A DNA stretch of 64,000 nt from positions 124,001 to 188,000 of the IMG/VR virus record IMGVR_UViG_3300032242_002454; one strand, written 5' to 3'. The position numbers and the translations under genes are program-made. Under the pieces are notes generated by a model. It saw only the letters and a program-made list of their open reading frames with translations, was not told the DNA's origin and searched no databases. The stretch's first letter is position 1; every line of letters begins with the position of its first letter. This document shows, piece by piece, positions 48,916-58,898 of this stretch.

Positions 48916-50089
48916 AACTAATGTCTGTTTATTTATTAGTTCTTTTGATCTAGAGAAAAATGAAAGATTTATTCTTTCAACTACAGAAGAAAAATATATT
49001 CCTTTGTCAATTGAACTTCAGGATTATCATAAAACAGTTCGTGATGCTTTGAGAGAATTATTTGAATCCACAGTTGTGATAGATTTTGAATGGATTAATC
49101 CTCTTTTGGTTGATGTTCTTAAAGAAGATGATTCCGTTAATATTCACTATGCTTGTACTATTCCTCCAGAAACAGAAATTAAACAGGGTTCTCGTATAAG
49201 TGTGCATTTGGCCATTATAAATAAAATTGCTAGAAAGTCATTATCATATGTTTAGTTTTTTAAAATCCATATTTCATTCTCGTAAGAAAGAAGAGACAAA
49301 AGAAAACTATTTATGTAGTATAAAAATAGAATTAAACCATGATAGTTCTATTAATATAGTGTGTTATTGGCCTGATTTAACAAATTTAGATGAAGATGTT
49401 ATTGATAATGTTGCCAATCCCTATGCTGGTTTATTATATCTATTAAATGGGGGCTCATTAAATCAAGATATTATTAAGGCTTTGTCTAATTTTCAAGAAA
49501 ATAATATTGAAGATTCTTATTTTGTAAATAAAGTTTTAACCAAATGGCTAGAATTAGCCACTCCTAAAATTGATTCAAAAAAATATAATATAGATCCGAT
49601 GATCAGACCATCTAGTGTATTTAAAAACTATACTAAGTAGATATTCTCGTATTTAAATAGGACAATATGAAAAACGTATATAATGAGGATAATCTAGTAG
49701 TTTGGCAAAAATGGTTTGATCCTTTTGGAGATGACGATACTCCAGAGCTAGGGCTTCATCGCACTAATGATGAAGAGTCCGATGATGTAGAAGGTAATTA
49801 CGAAGAAGTTAGAGAGATACAAAAACCTATGAGAGCTATTGCTACTCCTATGGGTTTGATACCTTATACAGAAAATACTGCATCTGGTAAGATTTTTAAT
49901 TTTTGGGTAGGCCATACCAACTTCAATGTTAATAATGATATTGTGGATATAATTGAAAATACTGATGGAGTAGAAACACTAGATGTTTTTACTAGATATA
50001 GGTTTCGTATTGCTATTGGCAAAGTATTTGATGACGCTAAGGTTATGAAAGAAATTAATGATCAAGTATATTATCACCTAGGTAATTAA
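48908..50089 (+). other. three hypothetical ORFs (48908..49255, ~49248..49640, 49667..50089)
   Basis: ORF track. Confidence 0.7.
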
Positions 50090-50090
50090 T

Positions 50091-50768
50091 ATGGTAATAG
50101 CCTCTCCTAATGATAGTGAAATCAATGATATCCATAATTTTAATATAGATATCAAAAATAGAGAGGTATATCTACACTCATATATAGATGGTGCAGATGA
50201 AGGTGGTGTTGATTATAGGTCAGCTGTTGTATTTGAAAAAAATATCAGATATCTAAATACACTATCTTCCGAACCCATATTAGTTCATATGCACTTGCCG
50301 GGAGGAGAATGGCAAGACTGCTTAGGAATATATGATACTATTAGATTTTCTAAATCTAGAATTGTTGTACTAGCTTATGCAAAAGTAGAGTCCTCAAGTA
50401 GCGTCATATTCCAAGCTGCACCACTAAGGATTCTAACTCCAAATGCTACTATGCTAATTCATTATGGTTCATTTAGTATGGATAGTGAACACTCTAAGGC
50501 TGCTGCTAGTTCTATCAAATGGAATGAACAAGAGTGTGATAAGATGATTGAAATTTTTACCGACAGATGTATGGAAAGTGAACTAGCTAAACAAAAGAAT
50601 TGGAAGAAAATGATGGCCAGAAAACACATCACTTCCCAATTGGCTAATAAGTGTGATTGGATTTTAACTTCTAACGAAGCAGTAGAGTATGGGTTTGCAG
50701 ACGGTGTATTAGGTAGTAAGAAATACCCCAGTATTGAACTACTTAAAACACACAGAATTAAAAAATGA
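50091..50768 (+). CDS. ClpP-like protease subunit
   Basis: HLPGG...GIYDTI; Ser (KVESS), His (LIHYG), Asp (CDWILT); EAVEYGFAD. Confidence 0.82.
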   Translation: MVIASPNDSEINDIHNFNIDIKNREVYLHSYIDGADEGGVDYRSAVVFEKNIRYLNTLSSEPILVHMHLPGGEWQDCLGIYDTIRFSKSRIVVLAYAKVESSSSVIFQAAPLRILTPNATMLIHYGSFSMDSEHSKAAASSIKWNEQECDKMIEIFTDRCMESELAKQKNWKKMMARKHITSQLANKCDWILTSNEAVEYGFADGVLGSKKYPSIELLKTHRIKK

Positions 50769-51409
50769 TAATTGAATATTCAATATATGATATTTCTTTA
50801 TCTGATGAAGAAATAAAAAAACTATTAGCTGAAGCAGTTCAGTATAAACCAAATACAATTTCTGTATTATTACCACACATTAAAGTAGCTAAAAACATTT
50901 TAGCCAGTACTGGTATTAGTATTTCTACTCCAATAGATTATCCATTTGGTATCTTAGATACTAAAAATAGAGCAACTATTGTGGAGACAGCTATTAAATC
51001 TGGTGCTAACATCGTAAGCCTAGTTGCTCAACCATCTTTTTTTTGTAATCGTAAATACGATAAATTTAGAGAAGATATTAAAATCAATTTAGAAATATGC
51101 ACCCAAGCCTCTGTAGAACTAAGATACATGTTAGAGTATAGAGTATTCACATATGAGTTATTATACAAAGTTTCTCAAATCTTGATGGATTTTGGAATAG
51201 ATACCATATATCCTTCAACAGGACATTCTTTAGATGATATTAATGACAATATCCTCGCTGCTGCTCTAATCAATAAAAAAGTGCCAATTAATATCATTTG
51301 TAATGGTAATGTTTGGAATATTGGCCACATTAATAATATCAAGAAGATCGATCTTTATGGTATTAAGGTCAACTCTATTAATGCTTTACAACTATTATCA
51401 CAAAAATAA
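50765..51409 (+). CDS. deoxyribose-phosphate aldolase (DeoC)-like protein lacking catalytic lysines
   Basis: IDYPFG, AIKSGA, YMLE, YPSTG (vs KTSTG), ICNG (vs KASGG). Confidence 0.7.
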   Translation: MIIEYSIYDISLSDEEIKKLLAEAVQYKPNTISVLLPHIKVAKNILASTGISISTPIDYPFGILDTKNRATIVETAIKSGANIVSLVAQPSFFCNRKYDKFREDIKINLEICTQASVELRYMLEYRVFTYELLYKVSQILMDFGIDTIYPSTGHSLDDINDNILAAALINKKVPINIICNGNVWNIGHINNIKKIDLYGIKVNSINALQLLSQK

Positions 51410-51473
51410 TAGACCTTCTTTTAGTTTTAGGGTATAGTATAATTAGCATTTCCGTCAACCATGGGAGAATAAA

Positions 51474-52028
51474 ATGGCTATAGCAAAAACATCTGGTTCT
51501 GATTATACAGTACCTCCAAACGTAAAGTCCAGTGGCTCAGTTAATAACAGAGGCACAGTAGCTCGTGGTGGCTCAGTTGCTTCTGGTAAGCTCACAAACG
51601 TAGGCGTTAGTAGATATAACACAACAGTATTTGCTTCAACAGTTCTTGATAATAGTTGGGCTGATAAAGCTCTAAGTGCTGGCACTTTTGCTTATAATGA
51701 TAAGAATGGTGTTGCTATGAGAACCACATCAGATATAGCTGGTGTTGCTAATACTTCATTGTTAACTGGAGCTAATGTTCCAGGTATCACTCGTAGTATC
51801 CACAAACTTGAAACCCTTAGAACTCGTAGATTCACAACAGCTATCAGAGCTAACAAGTACAACCTTTATACAGGAACATTCGATAATGGTTATCCTGTTG
51901 TAGCTGTTGATACATTAGCCACAGATAATGCTGCAAATCCAACTCGTTCTGCTCCTGGTCAGCTTACTTATAAGCTTGGTGGCGTAGTACCAGTTATAAA
52001 TAATGATTACAAGGCTAAGACTGGCTGA
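51474..52028 (+). CDS. G/S/T-rich protein, possibly a virion structural protein
   Basis: Own promoter-like motif upstream and terminator downstream; biased codon usage. Confidence 0.55.
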   Translation: MAIAKTSGSDYTVPPNVKSSGSVNNRGTVARGGSVASGKLTNVGVSRYNTTVFASTVLDNSWADKALSAGTFAYNDKNGVAMRTTSDIAGVANTSLLTGANVPGITRSIHKLETLRTRRFTTAIRANKYNLYTGTFDNGYPVVAVDTLATDNAANPTRSAPGQLTYKLGGVVPVINNDYKAKTG

Positions 52029-52057
52029 GTATAACTAATCAATTTTACTATACAACT

Positions 52058-52091
52058 AAAGCCAGCGATGCCTTGAGTGTCGTTGGCTTTT
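52058..52091 (+). terminator. intrinsic terminator
   Basis: AAAGCCAGCGATGC-CTTGA-GTGTCGTTGGCTTT then a T-rich tract. Confidence 0.75.
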
Positions 52092-52116
52092 AGTTATTAC
52101 TTAGAAGGTAAATTTC

Positions 52117-52434
52117 ATGAGCGAAACAATTATTCATTTCTGGGAAAATATTGCTACAACCAGTATTGGCATTATTGTTACTATGGTAGGGTTTTGGGTG
52201 GCTATAGGACGAAATATGGCTACTAAATCAGAAGTTTTAGTAATGATTGAGACACAATCTCCATATGTACATGATCGTCAATTTATTATGGAAAGATTAA
52301 ATACTAATAAAGAAACCCAAGCGGCTTTTGCTAATGCTTTACAAAGAAACACTGAAGTTATGACAGAATTAAAAATTCAAATAGCAACACTTGGTAAAAC
52401 TCTAGAGGCTCTAGAAGACCGCATCGAAAAATAG
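52117..52434 (+). CDS. TM plus coiled-coil protein
   Basis: SIGIIVTMVGFWVAIG followed by heptads. Confidence 0.7.
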   Translation: MSETIIHFWENIATTSIGIIVTMVGFWVAIGRNMATKSEVLVMIETQSPYVHDRQFIMERLNTNKETQAAFANALQRNTEVMTELKIQIATLGKTLEALEDRIEK

Positions 52435-52473
52435 TGTATATAATTACAACCCCTTATTCTGGAGAATCAAACA

Positions 52474-52683
52474 ATGGCTAGACCATATACAGACGTTCAA
52501 GCTGCAATCAGTGGTAATGTGGTTAAAAATGGCACAGCAGTCGTATCAACAACATTTACTGGTAAATATTCAACAAATAACAATTACGTCAAGAACACAC
52601 CAGCAATCAGTACCATTTACAATAAATATGGCAATAAGTTCTATAATGGTATATTTGTTAAAGTATTACCTAGCGGCACATGA
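52474..52683 (+). CDS. hypothetical protein
   Basis: GGAG RBS. Confidence 0.6.
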   Translation: MARPYTDVQAAISGNVVKNGTAVVSTTFTGKYSTNNNYVKNTPAISTIYNKYGNKFYNGIFVKVLPSGT

Positions 52684-52719
52684 TATTTTTTGGCAATTTA
52701 AAATGGGAGTTTAACATTC

Positions 52720-53064
52720 ATGGTCAAACCCGGCTATAGAACTAGCGAATTTTGGTTCACTATGGTCAGCTTTGTTTTTAGTGGACTATATTTAATGGGA
52801 ATCATTGGAGAGAATAGTCAGAAAGAAGATTTGATTCAAGAAACAAGTAGAGGTCTAGAAGCTACAATACTTATTATAGGACAATTAACAGTTCTATTTA
52901 AGTATGTATCAAGTAGAGCTGAACTAAAGAAAACTTGGTGGAGCACAGCTAATCCAGAAGAAAGAAAAGTAGCAAATAGAGCTAATAGTAGAAAAAAGAA
53001 AAAACCCAAAAACACCACAGGAAAAACCAATGCCAAATCCGATAGTCCTATTACAGATCAATAA
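52720..53064 (+). CDS. holin-like two-TM protein
   Basis: KPGYRTSEFW N-terminus, two TM helices, strongly basic C-tail. Confidence 0.5.
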   Translation: MVKPGYRTSEFWFTMVSFVFSGLYLMGIIGENSQKEDLIQETSRGLEATILIIGQLTVLFKYVSSRAELKKTWWSTANPEERKVANRANSRKKKKPKNTTGKTNAKSDSPITDQ

Positions 53065-54339
53065 CATCGTTGACTCTGCTAAAGCTATGCTTAAACAAGC
53101 AGAATCAGTAGCAGTTCCTCAAGCATGGAATTTATTACAGTTAGCAATAGCAGATATAGTCCAACAAATTCAATTAACTCATCCAGAACTAAAAGGATCT
53201 AATAAAAAAGAAATAGCTATGAATGCCGTTTCTAGTTTTTATGATCAGGTTTTTTTAGTAGTAGAATTTCCCTTTCTACCACACTTGCTACAACCTATTA
53301 TACAAAAGTACGTTAAACAGCTGTTAATGATTTTAGTTGGCGCTTCTATAGATGCTATGGTTACTACCTTTAAAAATACTGGTGTTTTCAGTACTCCAAC
53401 AGTTGATAATACAGTCGATAATACCCCTAAAGTTTCAGATAAATGAGAAAGAGAGATTCCAATGAATTTCACAGAAAGTTTCCAAGAGTTTAGTAGTCGT
53501 TTGAGCACAATGGATTTGGCTCTTTATGCTGGTGCTGGTCTTGTACTATGGGTTTTATTTAAGGATAAGTTGAGTCCCGTACAAACATTCTTGGGTGGTC
53601 TATTAGCTAAAATGAAAGGCTCCACTCCTTCTTCTGTTGTACCAATTGTTGTACCATCAGTTGATGCTGTTGTTGTTCCAAAGTTAGCAGCTAATCAACC
53701 AGATGATACTTTTTTTAAGCTAGTTGTATCATGGAAGCAAACCAGAGATTTGGCTGTTCAAAGCGGTTGCGGCGAAGCAGTTAAGGTTGCTGACCAAATG
53801 TTTCCTTTCCTAAGTCCCAATGTTTGCAAAAAAGAGGATAAAGTATCATGAGCATGGATAAAAAAGTATTATTAGCACTAGGTGGTTTACTCATTTTAGT
53901 AGGTCTACTTAAGCCAGAGTTTTCTGATATGTTTAAGCCTAGACCAACTGTAGTAGATGTTCTTGAATTATCAGTACCAACAGATGAAGCTGTAAAAAAA
54001 GAAGCTGATGATGTTGTAATAGTTCTAAAAGAAGCTGGTATCAAGTCAGAAGCTAGGAAGCTAAGAGATTTATATATTGATTTAGCAAAGCTAGTTGAAC
54101 TTGACGGTGAAGACGAAGTAATTAAAAGTACTGAAGAAATTCGTCAAGCTAATAGTCTAGCTGGTATTATGCTCAGATTGGATATGAAAGGTAAATATCC
54201 AAATCTAGCTAAAGAAGCAAAAGAAGTAGTAGTTGCTTCTATTGGTGATGATCAAATTCTTTTATCAAAAGAGCTAAGAGTTAAAGCTGTAGAAGGTCTT
54301 AATGCTTTAGCTTGGGCTTGCAATGAAGGGTCAAAATAA
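53030..54339 (+). other. three membrane-associated hypothetical ORFs (53030..53446, 53462..53851, 53848..54339)
   Basis: Hydrophobic or N-terminal TM segments; coupled. Confidence 0.7.
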
Positions 54340-55265
54340 TGCCACGTTATTCTCCAAAAGAGCTTTACGATAACTATCGTCAAGGATTTAGTGGTTGCAT
54401 ATGGGAGCAACACGTATACGACCATTTTATGGAGAATGCAAAATATCCATTGTTTGGTGATGCTAGTAAAAAAATTAAAAATTCTGGTAAAGGGAAACTT
54501 TCAACACCGTATAAGAGTGTGTTAAGGTTTGAGAAGAATCCTTATAATGAAAGACAAACTGTCGGAGATTGTGTCAGTCATGGAACACGAAATGCTTGTG
54601 ATGTTACTAGAGCGGTAGAAATAGATGTAAATCACGAAAGAGAAGATTGGGTAACAAAAGGTGCAACGGAAGCTATTTATGGTGCTAGGGGTTTTTCTGG
54701 TGAAGGCATGAGTTGTGCTAGAGCCGCTGAATTTGTTAGTAAGATTGGTGGTATAGTTCTTAGAAAGAATTATCCCGGCATTGCTGACTTTAGTAAATAC
54801 AATGGCAATCTAGGTGCTGGCTGGGGAGGTCGAGGACTTCCAGATAAAGTATTAGACTTAGCCAATGATCATCAGATCAAAACTGCTTCATTAATTAGAA
54901 CAGTAGAAGAGGCTCGTGATGCTCTATCTAATGGCTATGGTATAGCAGTATGTTCTAATTATGGTTTTAGTAATACAAGAGATAAAAGGGGATTTGCTAA
55001 ACAATCTGGTAGCTGGGGGCATTGTATGGCTTGGATAGCATGTGATGATACTGGTAGTGAGCCAGCCTTTTTAGTCCAAAATAGCTGGGGAAAGTGGAAT
55101 GATGGTGGACATCCCGAATGGGGTCCAATTCCAGATGGTTCATTTTTAATTCATGTTGATGTAGCTGCTGGTATGCTTGCTATGAATGGCTCATATACAT
55201 TTAGCAGTTTTGACGGTTTTCCTCTCCAAAAGCTACCAAGCTACGGGTTTGAAGACTATCTCTAA
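54339..55265 (+). CDS. papain-like (C1A) cysteine peptidase
   Basis: Q-TVGDC (oxyanion Gln, catalytic Cys), GHCMA (His), QNSWG (Asn). Confidence 0.88.
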   Translation: MPRYSPKELYDNYRQGFSGCIWEQHVYDHFMENAKYPLFGDASKKIKNSGKGKLSTPYKSVLRFEKNPYNERQTVGDCVSHGTRNACDVTRAVEIDVNHEREDWVTKGATEAIYGARGFSGEGMSCARAAEFVSKIGGIVLRKNYPGIADFSKYNGNLGAGWGGRGLPDKVLDLANDHQIKTASLIRTVEEARDALSNGYGIAVCSNYGFSNTRDKRGFAKQSGSWGHCMAWIACDDTGSEPAFLVQNSWGKWNDGGHPEWGPIPDGSFLIHVDVAAGMLAMNGSYTFSSFDGFPLQKLPSYGFEDYL

Positions 55266-55343
55266 AATTCGCAATTAGCTATTTTAAACCATCATCTCTA
55301 TTAGGTGTATATATTTATATATCTAAATTCCTAGGAATATTTT

Positions 55344-55571
55344 ATGAACCTAAGAGAAAGATTAGAACTCCGCGCTGTCATTAACATGATCATTGGCATG
55401 ATTGAAACTTTGGCAAAACTATTTACCAAAGCTCAAAAAAAGTTTGGACCAAAACCTAAAATTGATAATCCAGACTCTCCAGTGAAACCCAATAGGCCAC
55501 GACCCTTGAAAAGAGTTGTGGATACTATTGATAATATTATACCTCTTCCATGGAGAGATAAAAATGAATAA
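55344..55571 (+). CDS. hypothetical protein
   Basis: ORF after GGTGTAT motif. Confidence 0.65.
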   Translation: MNLRERLELRAVINMIIGMIETLAKLFTKAQKKFGPKPKIDNPDSPVKPNRPRPLKRVVDTIDNIIPLPWRDKNE

Positions 55572-55920
55572 ATTATTCGTTGGTTTATTTTGCGTTAGTT
55601 TGTTATTTACTCAGTCTCATTACTATGGCTCAACAACGGCCCCGGTGACTCTTGCTGGAGGCATTATTAAAGCCAAGCATGTACAGGAAGTATCACAAAA
55701 GTATAAAAGAAAAGATTGTCCCGTTTGCAAGGGTAAGGGTTGGTATATGAGTGGTGATGGTATTCTTAAAATTGATTGCACATACTGTGAAGCAGATAAA
55801 GGATCGATTTCTGTAGGTCCAATTCAATCATTTAATCCAAAAGCCCCAACTCCAAAAGTATATTCAACATCACCAAATTGTCCTGATGGCAGTTGTCCTC
55901 TTAAATCCGTCAAAAAATAA
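55564..55920 (+). CDS. secreted protein with CxxCxGxG zinc motif
   Basis: Signal-like N-terminus; CPVCKGKG...CTYC; CPDGSCP. Confidence 0.7.
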   Translation: MNKLFVGLFCVSLLFTQSHYYGSTTAPVTLAGGIIKAKHVQEVSQKYKRKDCPVCKGKGWYMSGDGILKIDCTYCEADKGSISVGPIQSFNPKAPTPKVYSTSPNCPDGSCPLKSVKK

Positions 55921-55938
55921 TCAAGGTGGTTGAATCAT

Positions 55939-58170
55939 ATGTCTGATCCAAATACACCACCACCATTTAAGATAGTAGATGATGATTTAATTTATGTTAT
56001 TACTGGATACAATAAAATCAATTGTTTGCCAGACTCTAGAGAATCATCAATAGCTAATCTCAGAAAATATATCATAGATATGATTGGTGTTTCCGGAGTA
56101 GGCTTTTCCAGAGAAGGACCAGCAACAGTATTCTCTACTGCACAAGAAGATAATTTAATAGATATCAATTATTCTAGTTCCTATCCATATACTCAGAAAA
56201 TAGCAACTACTGGATTAAATAGTAAAACAGAAAATTTAATAGTAAAAGACTATGATACTATTTGGCCATATAGTGGAATACTCTATAATACTGGATTAAA
56301 TGCTGTTGTTGGAAATAATGTAGAAATACAATTTTCCACAGGAACACCGGCAGCAAATAAGTATGGTGGGGTTGGAGGAAAATATTTTAGTGGAATTATC
56401 TCTACAACAGGACTTAATTCTCGTACAGAGAATTTAATTGTTAGAGATTTTGAAACTTCCTGGCCTTATAGTGGTATTATCTACAATACTGGATTGAATG
56501 CCAGAATTGGAAATAATATGGAGATTCAATTCTCAACATCAACTCCGGCTGCTAATAAATACGGTGGTGTTGGAGGAAAATATACTAGCGGTATTATTTC
56601 TACTACTGGACTTAATTCTCGCACAGAAAATCTAATAGTAAGAGATTTTGAAACCGATTGGCCCTATAGCGGTGTTATCTATAATACTGGTTTGAATGCT
56701 GTTGTTGGAAATAATATGGAAATCCAATTTTCAACATCCACACCAGCAGCTAACAAATATGGTAGAGTTGGAGGTAAATATACTAGTGGCATAGTTTCAA
56801 CTACAGGATTAAATGCAAGAAGTGAAAATTTAATAGTAAGAGATTTTGAAAGAGCTTGGCCTTATAGTGGAGTAATTTACAATACTGGTTTGAATGCTAG
56901 AGTTGGTAATAATATGGAAATTCAATTTTCCACAGATACTCCCGCAGATGATAAATATGGTGGAGTTGGAGGTAAATATACCAGCGGTATTATTTCCACT
57001 ACTGGATTAAATTCCAGAACGGAAAACCTAATAGTCCGAGACTTTGAAACTGATTGGCCATATAGTGGTGTGATATATAATACAGGATTAAATGCTAGAG
57101 CTGGTAATTTAATACAAATTCAATATCAATCATCTTCTCCGGCTGGTGGTATTTATGGTGGAACCGAAGGAAAATATAAATCAGGTATTATTTCTACAAC
57201 CGGTTTAAATATGATAGATGGATCTAATATAGGTTATACTATAGGAACTTCTTTTCCTCATAAATATACTATTTTTACAGTTGACCAAGCTAGAACATCT
57301 ACTGACCCAATAACATTTATTAATAATAGCGCTAATACTATCAGTACTACATCTGGATATATAGATCCAGCAATGGTTATAGATTATAGTCCATTATATA
57401 CTTCAAAACCTGGTGAAAATATTAATTTGATTTCTTCTTTTAAATTTTTGACAGATGATAGTGGAGATAATGATTGGTATGTCTCATTTACTATGCCATT
57501 AGCTTCTACAATGAAAATAAAAGAATTGATCCCAGTATCAGGAGTATCATATTCAACTACTGCTAACTCATGTTATATGACAACAAGAAGCGTATATAAT
57601 CCAGAAACTGATGATTATATTAATGTTCCTTATTGTCAAACAACATTTAAAACTATTACAGACCCTAATCCTTCGGACTTAAGTGGTTGGACACCAGTAT
57701 CAGCAGCTATAACAGCAAAATCATTCTATTTTTCTATTCTATGTAGTGGAGGATCATCGTCTGAATTTGCAAAAGGAACATTAACATTTACTAATCCTAG
57801 TGGTGCGGCTTGTTATACTGCAAATGGTGGAGAGACATATAATTTTGGCGCAAGTTTTATTAAAGAAGCATATAGACCAAGTGGTTATGAGCTTGATCGT
57901 TTAAATCCTATGGAGATAGAATTTTTCCAACAATTATCAATTAATAGCAACACAATAAATAACTACAATGCTACCTCTCCTAAATTTAATATTTCTAATT
58001 TTGGATATACTAGAACATACAGAAAACTTATAGGATATGGTGATTTATGTATTGGAGATGCTTGTACCTATAATGCAACACCCGTATATAGGTATTATAC
58101 AGCAACTGCATATGGCCCAGCTTCATTCACAATAGGTAAAAGATCCTTTAGAACAACAAATGTATCATAA
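55939..58170 (+). CDS. large protein with five 66-aa tandem repeats
   Basis: Repeat TTGLNSRTENLIVRDFETDWPYSG...GKYTSGIIS. Confidence 0.85.
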   Translation: MSDPNTPPPFKIVDDDLIYVITGYNKINCLPDSRESSIANLRKYIIDMIGVSGVGFSREGPATVFSTAQEDNLIDINYSSSYPYTQKIATTGLNSKTENLIVKDYDTIWPYSGILYNTGLNAVVGNNVEIQFSTGTPAANKYGGVGGKYFSGIISTTGLNSRTENLIVRDFETSWPYSGIIYNTGLNARIGNNMEIQFSTSTPAANKYGGVGGKYTSGIISTTGLNSRTENLIVRDFETDWPYSGVIYNTGLNAVVGNNMEIQFSTSTPAANKYGRVGGKYTSGIVSTTGLNARSENLIVRDFERAWPYSGVIYNTGLNARVGNNMEIQFSTDTPADDKYGGVGGKYTSGIISTTGLNSRTENLIVRDFETDWPYSGVIYNTGLNARAGNLIQIQYQSSSPAGGIYGGTEGKYKSGIISTTGLNMIDGSNIGYTIGTSFPHKYTIFTVDQARTSTDPITFINNSANTISTTSGYIDPAMVIDYSPLYTSKPGENINLISSFKFLTDDSGDNDWYVSFTMPLASTMKIKELIPVSGVSYSTTANSCYMTTRSVYNPETDDYINVPYCQTTFKTITDPNPSDLSGWTPVSAAITAKSFYFSILCSGGSSSEFAKGTLTFTNPSGAACYTANGGETYNFGASFIKEAYRPSGYELDRLNPMEIEFFQQLSINSNTINNYNATSPKFNISNFGYTRTYRKLIGYGDLCIGDACTYNATPVYRYYTATAYGPASFTIGKRSFRTTNVS
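56206..57210 (+). repeat. 5.1 x 198-bp coding tandem repeat
   Basis: Unit starts at 56206, 56404, 56602, 56800, 56998, 57196. Confidence 0.92.
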
Positions 58171-58214
58171 GGTGTATCAAATTAAGATTCAATCATTTTA
58201 ATAAGGTGATAATT

Positions 58215-58619
58215 ATGACAACTCCAGATAATGCAAAACTCAAAGCTATAGCTATTAAAATTTTAGAAAAATCTAATGTTAAAAAAGACGAAGTATATGG
58301 ATTTGCTATTGTTACTATCCTAATGATCATTAGTATCATTCTCACCTGTGTAAGAATTTTACAAGAATGCAATAAAAATAAACTATCAGCTAGTTCTACA
58401 ACAGAAGATAAATATGCTATGTATGGTGAGCAGTTACATACTTTTAGTGAGCGTAGAGGCTGGTTTACAAAAATGAGAATTAAGAAAATTTTACGAAGAG
58501 AAATGAATAGAGAAGATTATGAAAAATATTCATTAAGTATTTTGAATGCTTTGTTAGAGACAGGAGAAGTTCTCACGGATGATGAGATTCAAACCCTAGT
58601 GGAGAATGCCAATGTTTAA
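58215..58619 (+). CDS. single-TM hypothetical protein
   Basis: FAIVTILMIISIILTCV. Confidence 0.7.
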   Translation: MTTPDNAKLKAIAIKILEKSNVKKDEVYGFAIVTILMIISIILTCVRILQECNKNKLSASSTTEDKYAMYGEQLHTFSERRGWFTKMRIKKILRREMNREDYEKYSLSILNALLETGEVLTDDEIQTLVENANV

Positions 58620-58863
58620 TATTTTAGTATGGTGTGTTTATGGTCTATTTGTGGGGTCTATTGCCAAAAGTTTAGTTCCCGGCGAAGAAAATTTTGGCTT
58701 TGTTAAAACCGTTGCTCTTGGAGTAGCTGGTTCTTATTTAGGTGGAGCTATAATGTATTTAATGGGACAATATAGTAGCATGAGTCCAGCGGGTATATTT
58801 ATGGGTGTTGCCGGTGGCACTCTTGCTCTTGTGCTTTATAATAAGGTTAATCAAATTAAGTGA
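58612..58863 (+). CDS. GlsB/YeaQ/YmgE (transglycosylase-associated) membrane protein
   Basis: GLFVGSIAKSLVPG...TVALGVAGSYLGG...GVAGG. Confidence 0.85.
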   Translation: MFNILVWCVYGLFVGSIAKSLVPGEENFGFVKTVALGVAGSYLGGAIMYLMGQYSSMSPAGIFMGVAGGTLALVLYNKVNQIK

Positions 58864-58898
58864 TTTTGATCTTATTACTTTAAAGTGACTGTGATACT

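Noticed and set aside
56206-57210. 198-bp repeats as a CRISPR array or DGR template/variable repeat
   Set aside because: No spacers; repeats are in-frame coding with synonymous rather than adenine-specific differences; no reverse transcriptase or cas gene in the window
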